Below, piece by piece: positions 1 to 9,918 of a stretch of 37,371 bases of DNA. The stretch comes from Candidatus Micrarchaeota archaeon (GTDB taxonomy: Archaea; Micrarchaeota; Micrarchaeia; Anstonellales; Bilamarchaeaceae): contig DYTL01000001.1 in assembly GCA_020726005.1 (NCBI GenBank), positions 1-37,371 of the forward strand. Direction: 5' to 3'. Numbering within the stretch: position 1 is the stretch's first letter; every line of letters begins with the position of its first letter. Position numbers and translations under genes: made by a program. The notes under the pieces were generated by a model. That model made no database searches. It had not been told where the DNA came from and saw only the letters and a list, made by a program, of their open reading frames with translations.

Positions 1-457
1 TGTTTTCTTCATTAAAATTATCCAAGGTCCTGTAAAGTAGATCCCTATTGATTTTTTGTGAAGGTATTTTTAGAAGTTGTTTGAGATAAGTTTGGGAATA
101 CCAATTCTGCAATTTATTTTTGCTTTTATGATCTATTGCATAATTGATTATCATTATTGCTAATGCTGCCCCAGCATCAATACCCCATTTTTTATTTTTG
201 AAATATGATGAAACGGTTGTTTGGATGTTCAATTGCTCTAAGATTTTCCAGAGAGAAACAGGGGTTTGATAGAGAAGGTTTTCTAGATCTGATTCTGCAA
301 GTGATTTGGCCATATCTACATTTTGAAGTATAAATGGAAGTTGTTCTTCTTTGCAAACATACGTTGACGTCTGTATAACTCTTGTTCCCTCCCTCTTATT
401 TGACACTACATAAATGTATGTACTCTTTCTAACTTTCTTCTTTCTCAGAAAAGTCAT
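1..457 (-). mobile_element. Partial transposase gene (N-terminal ~152 codons; the rest lies beyond the window start), IS1634/IS4-superfamily-like
   Basis: My translation of the minus strand from ATG 457-455 is open to position 1: MTFLRKKKVRKSTYIYVVSNKREGTRVIQTS...KSKNKLQNWYSQTYL...NRDLLYRTLDNFNEEN. The basic N-terminus, the YxYVV..K..G..V hairpin-like start and the DLLYRxLD segment resemble IS1634-type DDE transposase N-termini. It is absent from the ORF track because the window edge truncates it. Confidence 0.5.
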
Positions 458-522
458 ACTTCTATTTTTGACACTACAATTTATAAATATATACCTAGGA
501 GTATTTCAAAATTGACACTACA
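400..522 (+). repeat. Three exact direct copies of TTGACACTACA (400-410, 468-478, 512-522) spanning the transposase start
   Basis: Read directly from the sequence. Copy 1 lies inside the first codons of the transposase (VVSN). Copies 2 and 3 lie upstream of its ATG. All have the same orientation. Confidence 0.85.
480..487 (-). promoter_or_regulatory. TATA-box-like TTTATAAA about 26 nt upstream of the transposase ATG (leaderless-type spacing)
   Basis: The palindromic TTTATAAA is centred ~26 nt from ATG 457. No SD lies between them. Confidence 0.35.
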
Positions 523-736
523 AAACCAAAAAATCAGCGCGTTCGTTCTCGAAATCGATTCGTTATAAAAATTAGTTTAATGCGAATTTGCGTAAGTTAG
601 GTTTCTAATTACGGTTGCGGTAATATGTACGAGTGCCTTTAACTTTTTTGTAGCATTATTCGCGTTAATTTCTTGAAAATGGATTTTAGTTTCTGAAACC
701 GAATTATATCCCAGAGGTTTCGCAAACTTCGATAGA

Positions 737-744
737 TTTATATA
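737..744 (+). promoter_or_regulatory. TATA-box-like TTTATATA about 27 nt upstream of ATG 767 (leaderless-type spacing)
   Basis: Motif and spacing were read from the sequence. There is no GGTG-type SD before ATG 767, unlike operon-internal genes here. Confidence 0.35.
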
Positions 745-766
745 GTATACTAAATTAAGATAAATT

Positions 767-1270
767 ATGGAACAGAAGTATTATTGGATTATTGGAATTA
801 TTGCTGTTTTAGGATTATTTTTTATTAGTGGCTGTGTTCAACAAACAAAAACTTCAAACGTAACATTAACACATAATACACAAATAGATAATTGTAGGGA
901 ACTTTCTAAAAATTTTGATGCTAGAATTGATACTATAAGTGTCGCTGAATGTGATAAATGGGTAACAGAAGGTAATAAGCCTATTTGGGTTGGTGGAAAA
1001 TTAATTAACGTTTCAAAAACATATATTACGTCTTATAAGAGGAATGAATTTACATTAATTTTCCAAGGTTCTCAAAAACAAGGTAAAATTTATATTGGAA
1101 CAAAAAACGAGTCTATACCTTATGAAATTAGTAAATTCTATAAATTTGATTTGGGAAACAAATGCAAACTTATTTATTCTATGACAAGTAGTGGTATGTT
1201 TTTAGACCCTAATTTAGATACTTTAGAATATTTACAAGAATGCGATTTTATTGAGTCAATACAAAAATAG
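767..1270 (+). CDS. Hypothetical exported protein with a lipobox-like signal peptide
   Basis: 167-aa ORF. The N-terminal hydrophobic helix ends in FISGC. The mature part has four more Cys. I recognise no family. Confidence 0.55.
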   Translation: MEQKYYWIIGIIAVLGLFFISGCVQQTKTSNVTLTHNTQIDNCRELSKNFDARIDTISVAECDKWVTEGNKPIWVGGKLINVSKTYITSYKRNEFTLIFQGSQKQGKIYIGTKNESIPYEISKFYKFDLGNKCKLIYSMTSSGMFLDPNLDTLEYLQECDFIESIQK

Positions 1271-1322
1271 ATCTATTCAAATTTGCTTAAGTTGATGAAT
1301 ATATCAATAGGTATGTGATAAT

Positions 1323-1673
1323 ATGAACGTGCAAAAACACCCAGAAAAACACGATGAATTTAATGAACTTGTGAATAGCATTCATACTGTGGAAGCTGAA
1401 TCCGACAAAATAAAGGCCACTTATACTGAAAAGGTTGCTGAACTTCTTAAATATGGAAGAGAGAAAAGTGTTGAACTACGCGAATCCTATGAAAAGAAAG
1501 CAAGTGAATCAAAGAACGAACTTATTGTAGCAGAAAGAGAAAAAACAGAAAAACTTGTTGAAGAAATAATTTCATCTGCTAAAAAAGATGCTTTAGTTTT
1601 GCGCGTGGAAAAGTTAAATAAAAAAAATATAGATGCAATTTTTGAATCGTTTGTATCTTCAGTTTTTCGATAA
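1323..1673 (+). CDS. atpH: A-type ATP synthase subunit H (peripheral stalk)
   Basis: 116-aa charged coiled-coil protein immediately upstream of atpI, in the canonical archaeal H-I-K-E-C-F-A-B-D order. The call rests mainly on position and composition. Confidence 0.55.
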   Translation: MNVQKHPEKHDEFNELVNSIHTVEAESDKIKATYTEKVAELLKYGREKSVELRESYEKKASESKNELIVAEREKTEKLVEEIISSAKKDALVLRVEKLNKKNIDAIFESFVSSVFR

Positions 1674-1700
1674 AAAAGGTTTAGTTATAGGTTTTTAATT

Positions 1701-3593
1701 ATGTTTAAACCAGCAATAATGGAAAAAATTGTTATATTGTCAACTAAAAACGCAGAAAGCCGCTTAATTTCTACCTTGCACGAAAAAGGCGTAATGGAAA
1801 TACAGGAATTTGAATTACCAGGACTTGAAAAAGGAAACCCGCTTAAAATTCATGATGATATTTCGCGCGAACTCGTACGCATACGCGGACTTATAAATGC
1901 ATTCCAATCCATTTCTGCTATTAATAATATTGGAAAAGAAATTACAAATCTTAGTAAAATTGAGTATACCAACACGTTAACAGAAGCAACAAAAATAAGC
2001 ATAGATCAGGAACTTAAACAGCTTGTTGATTTGCGAAGTCAGTTCATTACAGAAGCTAGTGAATTAGAAAAAAGAAGAAGAATTATATTAAAAATTTCAG
2101 GTTTTGAAAATATTAATTTTTCCAAACTTGAAACAAAGAATTTTACTTTTACATTAGGCACTATAAAGAAAAACGTGATTCAGCAATTCCAAAAAGAGCT
2201 TATGGAATATTTGCATAACGAAATGAAAACAATATGTTCGTCTGCTGAAACCAATAGCGAAATCGCTCTTGTATTTTATAAGAAAACAAAGGATATAGAA
2301 CCCGTGATTTCTAAATACAATTTTGAAAAAATTCAGCTACCCAAGGGATTTACCAGCTTCAAAAAAGAAATGGAAAATATTGAAATTGCTATAACAGAAA
2401 ACAAGAAACATATTGCAGAAACTGAAAAAAAGCTTAATGAACTTAAAGATAAATATTATTTAGCATTGTTTACTCTTGAAAAAAAATTATCTATTCTTTC
2501 TGAGCGAGCGGTAATTGCGACTAAATTTGCAAACAGCAATAAAATAATCGCAATTAATGGCTGGATAAAAAAAAGCGATACAACCATAATCGCAGAACTT
2601 ATAAAAACCGATTTCAAAGGCGAAGCCGAATTGATTGAAACAAAAGAGGATATACATAATGCGCCGATAGTTCTTGATAATCCAAAATCGATGGGTTCAT
2701 TCCAATTCCTTGTTGAGCTATATTCACTTCCAAAATATACCGAATTTGACCCAACTTTTTTATTGTTTTTTACAGTGCCAATAATATACGGAATGATAGT
2801 TGGTGACGTTGGTTATGGATTAATTTCTATTATGTTATCAATCCTAATTTTACAAAAGTTCAAAACAGGCATACTCGGAAATATTACAAAAATATGGCTT
2901 TTTTCTTCGATTGCCTCAATAATATTCGGAATTGTTTTTGATGAATGGTTTGGATTCTCGCATTTAGAATTAGCTGAATGGCTTAGAAAATGGGGGTTAA
3001 ATATAGGGATAGAACATTCATTTTATACAGGATTAGGTAGAAGCCACAATTTAGGTCTTATTATTGGGCTTGCGCTTCTTGTAGGTATTGCACAACTTAG
3101 TTTAGGATATATTTTGGGAGCAATAAATGCATGGAATCACGATAAAAAACATGCACTCGTTAAAATAGTGTGGTTTGTGTTTCTTATTAGCGGAACAATT
3201 GCGGTTGCATCGTTCATACTTAATCTTCTTCCTAATGAGATTGGAAATATTTGCGTAATAATAGCCTTTATAAGTGCAATAATTGTTATAGTAACAGAAG
3301 GGTTGCCTGGTTTATTTGAAATTCCAGGACTTTTATCAAATGTACTTTCATACGCACGAATTGGAGCAGTTGGAGTAGTAGGAGTTATTATTGCAGAAAT
3401 TGTTAATGAAAATTTGCTTCCGACACCAGAAAAAAGTATAATTATGATACCTATATTTATTTTACTTCATATACTCAACGCTGCACTCGCAATGTTTGAA
3501 AGTATAGTACAAGGTGGACGACTTAATTTAGTTGAGTTTTATTCAAAATTTTTTTATGGAGGAGGAAAGGCATTCGAACCTTTTAGAATGTAA
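1701..3593 (+). CDS. atpI: A-type ATP synthase subunit I (membrane stator, a-subunit homologue)
   Basis: 630 aa. It has an N-terminal soluble coiled-coil half and a C-terminal multi-TM half with the conserved Arg context LSYARIGAVG. Operon position agrees. Confidence 0.9.
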   Translation: MFKPAIMEKIVILSTKNAESRLISTLHEKGVMEIQEFELPGLEKGNPLKIHDDISRELVRIRGLINAFQSISAINNIGKEITNLSKIEYTNTLTEATKISIDQELKQLVDLRSQFITEASELEKRRRIILKISGFENINFSKLETKNFTFTLGTIKKNVIQQFQKELMEYLHNEMKTICSSAETNSEIALVFYKKTKDIEPVISKYNFEKIQLPKGFTSFKKEMENIEIAITENKKHIAETEKKLNELKDKYYLALFTLEKKLSILSERAVIATKFANSNKIIAINGWIKKSDTTIIAELIKTDFKGEAELIETKEDIHNAPIVLDNPKSMGSFQFLVELYSLPKYTEFDPTFLLFFTVPIIYGMIVGDVGYGLISIMLSILILQKFKTGILGNITKIWLFSSIASIIFGIVFDEWFGFSHLELAEWLRKWGLNIGIEHSFYTGLGRSHNLGLIIGLALLVGIAQLSLGYILGAINAWNHDKKHALVKIVWFVFLISGTIAVASFILNLLPNEIGNICVIIAFISAIIVIVTEGLPGLFEIPGLLSNVLSYARIGAVGVVGVIIAEIVNENLLPTPEKSIIMIPIFILLHILNAALAMFESIVQGGRLNLVEFYSKFFYGGGKAFEPFRM

Positions 3594-3614
3594 AATATTA
3601 GATGAGGTGAAAAC

Positions 3615-3857
3615 ATGGTAGAAGAAGCAGTAGGAGGAATAGCAAAAGAAGGATTAATTGCAATTGGAGCAGGAATCGCAATATTAGGCGGAGCAATAGG
3701 AACAAGTTTGGTTCAAAGTAGTGTAGGTTCAAGTATAATCGGCGTTATTGCGGAAAAACCAAATGAATATGGAAGATTGCTTATTTATTATCTTATCCCT
3801 GAAACTCTCATATTGTTTGGATTTATAATAGCATTCATGCTTCTTGGAAAAGTATGA
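3615..3857 (+). CDS. atpK: A-type ATP synthase subunit K (c-ring proteolipid, single hairpin)
   Basis: 80 aa with two TM helices. It has a Gly-rich helix 1 and the ion-binding Glu in LIPETLILFG. A GAGGTGA SD lies 5 nt upstream. Confidence 0.9.
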   Translation: MVEEAVGGIAKEGLIAIGAGIAILGGAIGTSLVQSSVGSSIIGVIAEKPNEYGRLLIYYLIPETLILFGFIIAFMLLGKV

Positions 3858-3880
3858 TTGAAGATTATTAAGGTCTTAAA

Positions 3881-4468
3881 ATGTTAAATGATATTCGAAA
3901 AACTATCCTTAATGACGCTAAAATTGAAGGTGAAATTCTACTTCACAATGCAGAAAACGAATTTGAAGCAGAATTTACCAAAATAAAATTAAATGGTGAA
4001 ACAAAAGTTGCACTTGCAATTCAGGAAGCTAAAACTTTAACTGAAAACGAAAGGCGCGAACGACTAAGTTGGGCAAAACTTGAAGCAAAAAGAATTCTTG
4101 CCGATGCGAAAGAAGATGCAATACGCGCAATGTTCGATGTGCTTATTGAAAAAATGAAATCTTATACTAGCACTAAACAGTACGCAGACAAAATGAAAAC
4201 AATGATTACTAATGCAATAAAAGAATTAGGTGAAAATGCAACCGTACACGTAAAAAAAGGTGAAAAAAAACTTTTTGCGATTCCTGAAGCAAGTGTAAAA
4301 GAAGATGCCAATATAATTGGAGGTGCAATTGTTGAGACTAAGGATGGAAAACTCAGAATTGATCTCAGTTTTGAAGAGCTATTTAATATCCAAAAAGATG
4401 TAATAAGAAAGGATATTTATACAATAATGTTTGGAGAAGAGAAAAAGAAAAACACGAATAAAATATAA
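3881..4468 (+). CDS. atpE: A-type ATP synthase subunit E
   Basis: 195 aa. It has an N-terminal long helix and a C-terminal globular part with GGAIVETKDGKLRIDLSFEELF, typical of subunit E. Operon position agrees. Confidence 0.8.
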   Translation: MLNDIRKTILNDAKIEGEILLHNAENEFEAEFTKIKLNGETKVALAIQEAKTLTENERRERLSWAKLEAKRILADAKEDAIRAMFDVLIEKMKSYTSTKQYADKMKTMITNAIKELGENATVHVKKGEKKLFAIPEASVKEDANIIGGAIVETKDGKLRIDLSFEELFNIQKDVIRKDIYTIMFGEEKKKNTNKI

Positions 4469-4492
4469 ACGCAAAACTAAGATAGTGGGTAC

Positions 4493-5626
4493 ATGATAAA
4501 ACCAAGTTCATTTGTTTATGTGAAAAAATCCGGATTTATCGGACGAAGTAGTAAAAAAGTAGTGTGGTCTGTTTCAAAAGCAATGAAATATGGTTATTCA
4601 AATGCGCGTGTTAGTGCAATGAAAGGACTACTTCTAAAAAAAGAATCTTTAAACGAACTTGTACGTGTAGATAGTATAAATGCAATGGTGGAAATGCTTG
4701 AACGAACTTATTACAAGGATAATTTTGTAAAACTCTCCATGCATTATCATGGTTCGGATCTTGTACAAATCGCAACCGCGATGCATTTCGCTGAAATTGC
4801 AAATAAACTTGAACGCATAATTCCAGAAAGCGATAAAGAAGCGTTCAGAGTTATGCTAACAAAATGGGATGTGATAAATGCAAAAACCATTCTTAACGCA
4901 AAACGTATTGGTAAAAAATATGAAGAAGTTATACCGTTTATAATTCCGATAGGTTCGTTCACCGAAGCAGAAGTTAAAGAATTGCTTGGCGAAACAGGAG
5001 AAACGTTTTTCCTTAAATTCACGAAAACAAACTTAGGTAAAAGATTTATCTCAAGTAGAATTGCTTCTGGTATAGAGCTTGAGAAACTTTTTTTACATAT
5101 CGGAAGCACGGAAGTAATGAAATTAGAAGCATTACTTGATATATTTTATTATTCGCTTTATAGTTCCATAGGAAAATTCTCTACAAAGGAACTTGAATCC
5201 ATTGCAAAAATGTTTAGACGCGAAATTGACTTTAAAAATGCACTAATCATCATTAGGCTCAAACAACATGGAATAAACGATATAAAAGAGATAATAAAAT
5301 ATTTTATAAAAGGCGGAATAAAATCTTTTGATTCATTTGCACCTCTATTCAATGCAAAGAGCGAAGATATATTGATACTTGCAGGAAACCATTTTGGACT
5401 TAAAAATACGCCTAAAAATACAACTGAACTTGAATTAATGCTTAATAAAAAATTTGCTTCTGCGAAATTAAACTTGTTTTATCGTTCTATTCTTTCAATA
5501 GGAACAATAATCAGTTTTCTTTTCATTAAAGAAGAAGAAATAGATAATCTAAGAAAAATAGTAATAGGAAAGGAATTCGGCATATCTGACGAAAAAATTA
5601 AAGAAATGCTTGTATTTCCAAATTAA
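4493..5626 (+). CDS. atpC: A-type ATP synthase subunit C (central stalk socket, d-like)
   Basis: 377 aa and all-helical. It carries YGYSNARVSAMKGLLL, the typical subunit C start motif. Operon position agrees. Confidence 0.8.
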   Translation: MIKPSSFVYVKKSGFIGRSSKKVVWSVSKAMKYGYSNARVSAMKGLLLKKESLNELVRVDSINAMVEMLERTYYKDNFVKLSMHYHGSDLVQIATAMHFAEIANKLERIIPESDKEAFRVMLTKWDVINAKTILNAKRIGKKYEEVIPFIIPIGSFTEAEVKELLGETGETFFLKFTKTNLGKRFISSRIASGIELEKLFLHIGSTEVMKLEALLDIFYYSLYSSIGKFSTKELESIAKMFRREIDFKNALIIIRLKQHGINDIKEIIKYFIKGGIKSFDSFAPLFNAKSEDILILAGNHFGLKNTPKNTTELELMLNKKFASAKLNLFYRSILSIGTIISFLFIKEEEIDNLRKIVIGKEFGISDEKIKEMLVFPN

Positions 5627-5666
5627 TATCAAATATAATATCCTAAGTCAAATGGGTGATAAAAAG

Positions 5667-5990
5667 ATGGTAATCGGAAAAATAGCAGTACTTGGTGAAC
5701 GCCATTTCACGATGGGGTTCATGCTTGCGGGCGTGCAGAATGTTTTTACTGTGGTTGAAGGCAATAGTGAACAAAAACTTATTGAACTGATAGATTCAAA
5801 ACAATATTCAATTATATATATAAACGAGAGACTCAGCGAGCAGATGGACTGGAAGCTTAAAAAAAGAATTTCAAACCTTGCATATCCTGTTATTGTTCCG
5901 CTACCTGATATAAAGGGCGAAAGTAATGAAGCTGCAAATATAAAAGTACTTATTAAACGCGCACTTGGTTTTGATATAATCGCAAAATGA
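5667..5990 (+). CDS. atpF: A-type ATP synthase subunit F
   Basis: The track ORF starts at 5610. I prefer ATG 5667 because GGTGAT lies 6 nt upstream and the product MVIGKIAVLGERHFTMGFMLAGV matches the usual subunit F N-terminus. Confidence 0.8.
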   Translation: MVIGKIAVLGERHFTMGFMLAGVQNVFTVVEGNSEQKLIELIDSKQYSIIYINERLSEQMDWKLKKRISNLAYPVIVPLPDIKGESNEAANIKVLIKRALGFDIIAK

Positions 5991-6013
5991 AATATAATTC
6001 TTAGGTGATTTAA

Positions 6014-7792
6014 ATGGCAACAAAAAAAACAAATGATGAAAACTCCGCGCGTGGATATTTAAAAAGAATTTCAGGACCAGTTGTGGAAGTTAGCAATCTT
6101 ACTGATGCAAAACTTTATGATGTTTTGCGCGTTGGAAAACAAGGACTTATTGGCGAAATAATTAAAATAGTAGGAAACACGTGCATAGTGCAAGTTTATG
6201 AAGATACTTCAAGGCTTAAACCCGGCGAGCCAGTAGAAAATACCGAACAACCTCTCAGTGTAGAACTTGGGCCTGGATTATTGAAAAATATTTATGATGG
6301 AATTCAACGTCCGTTAAAAGATATTGAAGCAAAAAGTGGGCATTATATTACACGGGGAATTAACGTACCTCCTCTGCCTCGTGATATTAAATGGGAATTT
6401 ACTGCAAAAGTGAAAATAGGTGAACGAGTAAAAGTTGGAGACATTATTGGAGAAGTGCAGGAAACCGAACTCATATTGCATAGAATACTTTCACCTTATG
6501 AAGGAATAATAAACAAGATAAAAAGCGGAAAATATACCGTTGAACAAGAAATAGGAGAAATAACTGTTGGTGGGAAAAAAAATAATTTATATATGTATCA
6601 AAAATGGTTCGTAAGAATTCCAAGACCTTGTGCTGAAAAATTTCCACCTATAATTCCGCTTATTACCGGGCAGAGAATAATAGATACGTTTTTTCCAGTT
6701 TCAAAAGGAGGAACCGCGGCAATTCCAGGTCCATTTGGTTCTGGAAAAACAGTTACACAACAAAGCCTTGCTAAATATTCAGATACTGAAATAGTTGTTT
6801 ATATTGGATGTGGAGAACGTGGAAATGAAATGACCGAGGTTTTAACTGAATTTCCTCATCTCAAAGATGATAAAACTGGAAAACCGCTTATGGAGCGGAC
6901 TGTGCTTATTGCGAATACTTCTAATATGCCTGTTGCGGCGAGAGAAGCAAGCATATATACAGGAATAACAATTGCTGAATATTATAGAGATATGGGTTAT
7001 AACGTTGCGCTCATGGCTGACTCAACAAGCAGATGGGCCGAGGCACTTCGTGAAATTGGAGGAAGGTTAGAGGAAATGCCTGGAGAAGAAGGTTATCCTG
7101 CTTATCTGGCAAGACGACTTGCTGAATTTTATGAAAGAGCAGGAAGAGTACAAACGCTTGGAAAAGATGAAAGATACGGTTCAATTTCAATTATTGGAGC
7201 AGTATCTCCTCCAGGAGGAGATATCAGTGAACCAGTTTCACAAAATACACTTAGAGTTACAAAGGTCTTCCTTGCGCTTGACGCTGCACTTGCGCAGAGA
7301 AGGCATTTTCCAGCAATTAATTGGCTTATGAGTTATTCTCTCTATAAAGATAGTTTGGATGAATGGTTTAGAACCAATGTTGCTCATGATTTTCCAGGAA
7401 TGAGGGACAAAGCAATGGAGCTTCTTCAGAAAGAAGCAGAGTTGCAGGAAATAGTGCAGCTTGTAGGGCCTGATGCACTTCCAGATAAAGAACAGGTTGT
7501 TCTCTTTGTTACGAAAATGTTGCGAGAAGATTTTCTCCAGCAAAACGCGTACAGCGAAATAGATGCAAAAGCAAGCTTCAAAAAACAATATTTAATGCTT
7601 AAAAGCATAATATTTTTCTATGAAAAAGCAATACACGCTATTGATATTGGAGTTCAACTCAAAAAAATTCAAGATAATTTAGTAACAATGAAAATTGGAA
7701 GAATGAAAGAAATAAAGGAAAATGAATTGGAAAAACTTTCAGAACTTCATAAGGAGATAGATGTATCTTTTACCGAAATTGTAAAAAAATAG
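6014..7792 (+). CDS. atpA: A-type ATP synthase catalytic subunit A
   Basis: 592 aa with Walker [32 protein letters not shown] and the non-homologous region typical of A subunits. The length is normal, so no intein. Confidence 0.97.
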   Translation: MATKKTNDENSARGYLKRISGPVVEVSNLTDAKLYDVLRVGKQGLIGEIIKIVGNTCIVQVYEDTSRLKPGEPVENTEQPLSVELGPGLLKNIYDGIQRPLKDIEAKSGHYITRGINVPPLPRDIKWEFTAKVKIGERVKVGDIIGEVQETELILHRILSPYEGIINKIKSGKYTVEQEIGEITVGGKKNNLYMYQKWFVRIPRPCAEKFPPIIPLITGQRIIDTFFPVSKGGTAAIPGPFGSGKTVTQQSLAKYSDTEIVVYIGCGERGNEMTEVLTEFPHLKDDKTGKPLMERTVLIANTSNMPVAAREASIYTGITIAEYYRDMGYNVALMADSTSRWAEALREIGGRLEEMPGEEGYPAYLARRLAEFYERAGRVQTLGKDERYGSISIIGAVSPPGGDISEPVSQNTLRVTKVFLALDAALAQRRHFPAINWLMSYSLYKDSLDEWFRTNVAHDFPGMRDKAMELLQKEAELQEIVQLVGPDALPDKEQVVLFVTKMLREDFLQQNAYSEIDAKASFKKQYLMLKSIIFFYEKAIHAIDIGVQLKKIQDNLVTMKIGRMKEIKENELEKLSELHKEIDVSFTEIVKK

Positions 7793-7801
7793 GTTGATAA
7801 T

Positions 7802-9190
7802 ATGAAAGAATACAAAACAATAAATCAGATCGCTGGTCCACTCGTATTTGTTGAAGGAATAAGTGGTGTAAGTTATGGCGAGATAGTTGAAATCATTCTT
7901 CCATTCGGAGAAAGAAAAAAAGGACAAGTATTAGATATAAGCGAAAGTGTTGCAGTAGTGCAGATTTTCGGAACAACTTCAGGAATTAATATTTCTCAAA
8001 CATCTGTGAAATTCTTAGGAGATACAATGCGCGTATCAGTTTCGGACGATATGCTTGGACGAATATTTACAGGTATGGGCGAACCAAAAGACAGGGGCCC
8101 AAAAATCATTCCAGAAGAGAAATTAGACATTAATGGATTACCCATAAATCCGTATTCGCGTGAATGTCCTGCTGATTTTATTCAAACTGGAATCTCAACA
8201 ATTGATGCAATGAATACATTAGTACGTGGACAGAAATTGCCTATTTTTTCTGCTTCTGGTTTGCCGCATAATCAGCTTGCTGCACAAATTGCACGTCAAG
8301 CAAAAGTACGCGGAACAGAGGAAGAATTCGCTGTTGTCTTTGCCGCGGTTGGAATTACTCATGAAGAAGCATCGTTTTTTATGCGTAATTTTGAACGAAC
8401 TGGCGCACTTGAAAAATCAGCGGTTTTCTTAAATCTTGCCAATGATCCGAGTGTCGAACGACTTATAACTCCAAGAATAGCGCTTACTGTGGCGGAATAT
8501 CTAGCATTTGAACATGATATGCACGTACTTGCAATAATTACCGATATGACTAATTATGCCGAATCACTTCGTGAGATCGCAGCTGCACGGCAGGAAGTAC
8601 CAGGAAGAAGAGGTTATCCTGGCTATATGTATACTGACCTCGCTACTATTTATGAGCGTGCAGGACGAGTGCGAGGAAGAAAAGGAACTGTTACTCAACT
8701 CTCAATACTAACAATGCCTGGTGATGACAAAACTCATCCAATTCCTGATCTTACTGGATATATTACAGAAGGGCAAATTGTTCTTGGGCGTGATTTGTAT
8801 AGAAAGAATATTTATCCACCTGTTGATGTTCTTCCTTCACTTTCACGACTAATGAATTTAGGTATTGGAAAACAGAAAACGCGCGAAGATCATAAAGGAG
8901 TATCTGATCAAATGTATGCAGCTTATGCTACAGGACGAGATTTACGAAGTTTAAGTGCAGTTGTTGGTGAAGAAGCGCTTACAGATACAGATAGAAAATA
9001 TTTGCGCTTTGCGGATGAATTTGAAAACAAATTCGTGCGACAGAGTTTGTACGAAGATAGGAATATAGAACAGACACTCGATTTAGGATGGAACTTATTA
9101 TCTTTATTACCAGAAGAAGAACTTAAACGAGTTAAAAGCGAGCATATTGAAAAATATTTAAAAAAGAATGCGAGCGTACGAACTTGTTGA
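7802..9190 (+). CDS. atpB: A-type ATP synthase subunit B
   Basis: 462 aa with [17 protein letters not shown] and [22 protein letters not shown]. Confidence 0.97.
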   Translation: MKEYKTINQIAGPLVFVEGISGVSYGEIVEIILPFGERKKGQVLDISESVAVVQIFGTTSGINISQTSVKFLGDTMRVSVSDDMLGRIFTGMGEPKDRGPKIIPEEKLDINGLPINPYSRECPADFIQTGISTIDAMNTLVRGQKLPIFSASGLPHNQLAAQIARQAKVRGTEEEFAVVFAAVGITHEEASFFMRNFERTGALEKSAVFLNLANDPSVERLITPRIALTVAEYLAFEHDMHVLAIITDMTNYAESLREIAAARQEVPGRRGYPGYMYTDLATIYERAGRVRGRKGTVTQLSILTMPGDDKTHPIPDLTGYITEGQIVLGRDLYRKNIYPPVDVLPSLSRLMNLGIGKQKTREDHKGVSDQMYAAYATGRDLRSLSAVVGEEALTDTDRKYLRFADEFENKFVRQSLYEDRNIEQTLDLGWNLLSLLPEEELKRVKSEHIEKYLKKNASVRTC

Positions 9191-9215
9191 ACAAAAGAAA
9201 TAACCGCAATATTGG

Positions 9216-9866
9216 ATGGATAATATGACAGAGCAATCGAATCCAACGCGAATGGAACTTTTAAAAATAAAAGAACGCATTACGCTTGCAACAAAGGGAC
9301 ATAAACTTTTAAAGCAAAAGCGGGATGCGCTTATTCTTGAATTTTTTAAAATTCTTAAGAAATCCAAAGACATAAGAAGCAAACTTAATGTAAAAATGAA
9401 AAACGCATATTCTGCGTTAGCGGTTGCAAATGCATATCACTCAGCATTTGAGCTTGAAGCAATATCACTCGCAAACGCAAGAATTATGGATGTGGATGTA
9501 CAAGTTAAAAATGTAATGGGTGTGAAAATCCCGCATCTTATTTCAGATATTGAAACAAGACCTTATCCAAGTAAAGGGTATTCAATTTCCGGTACTACTT
9601 CAATGCTTGAGCAATGTATAGAGGAATATGAACAAGTACTTGATATGGCACTTCAACTTGCAGAAACCGAAATCGCAATAAAACGCCTTATAAGCGAAAT
9701 AGAAAAAACCAAAAGACGTGTAAATTCGCTTGAATTCATTATGATTCCACGTCTTGACGAACAGAAAAAGATGATTGCATTTAAGTTAGACGAACTTGAA
9801 AGAGACGGATTTATTTCGCTCAAAGTAATAAAAAGAAAATTGGAAAGGGAAAGGGGTTTATTATAA
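9216..9866 (+). CDS. atpD: A-type ATP synthase subunit D (central stalk)
   Basis: 216 aa with NPTRMELLKIKERITLATKGHKLLKQKRDALILEF, the typical subunit D N-terminus. It is the last gene of the operon. Confidence 0.9.
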   Translation: MDNMTEQSNPTRMELLKIKERITLATKGHKLLKQKRDALILEFFKILKKSKDIRSKLNVKMKNAYSALAVANAYHSAFELEAISLANARIMDVDVQVKNVMGVKIPHLISDIETRPYPSKGYSISGTTSMLEQCIEEYEQVLDMALQLAETEIAIKRLISEIEKTKRRVNSLEFIMIPRLDEQKKMIAFKLDELERDGFISLKVIKRKLERERGLL

Positions 9867-9918
9867 AAATAGTAATTTTTCTTAGTGAAGTACAAAAATA
9901 TAAATAAGGTGAACGAAA

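Noticed and set aside
712-721. 10-mer CAGAGGTTTC matching the reverse complement at 11792-11801
   Set aside because: A single 10-nt match between two sites in 37 kb, counting both strands, is within chance expectation. No flanking similarity exists.
1292-1298. C-box-like TTGATGA upstream of atpH (possible C/D box sRNA)
   Set aside because: No D box (CUGA) or C'/D' pair lies at appropriate spacing.
6014-7792. Checked atpA (and atpB, top6B, secY) for inteins or large insertions
   Set aside because: Lengths and motif spacing are normal. No intein-like block is present.
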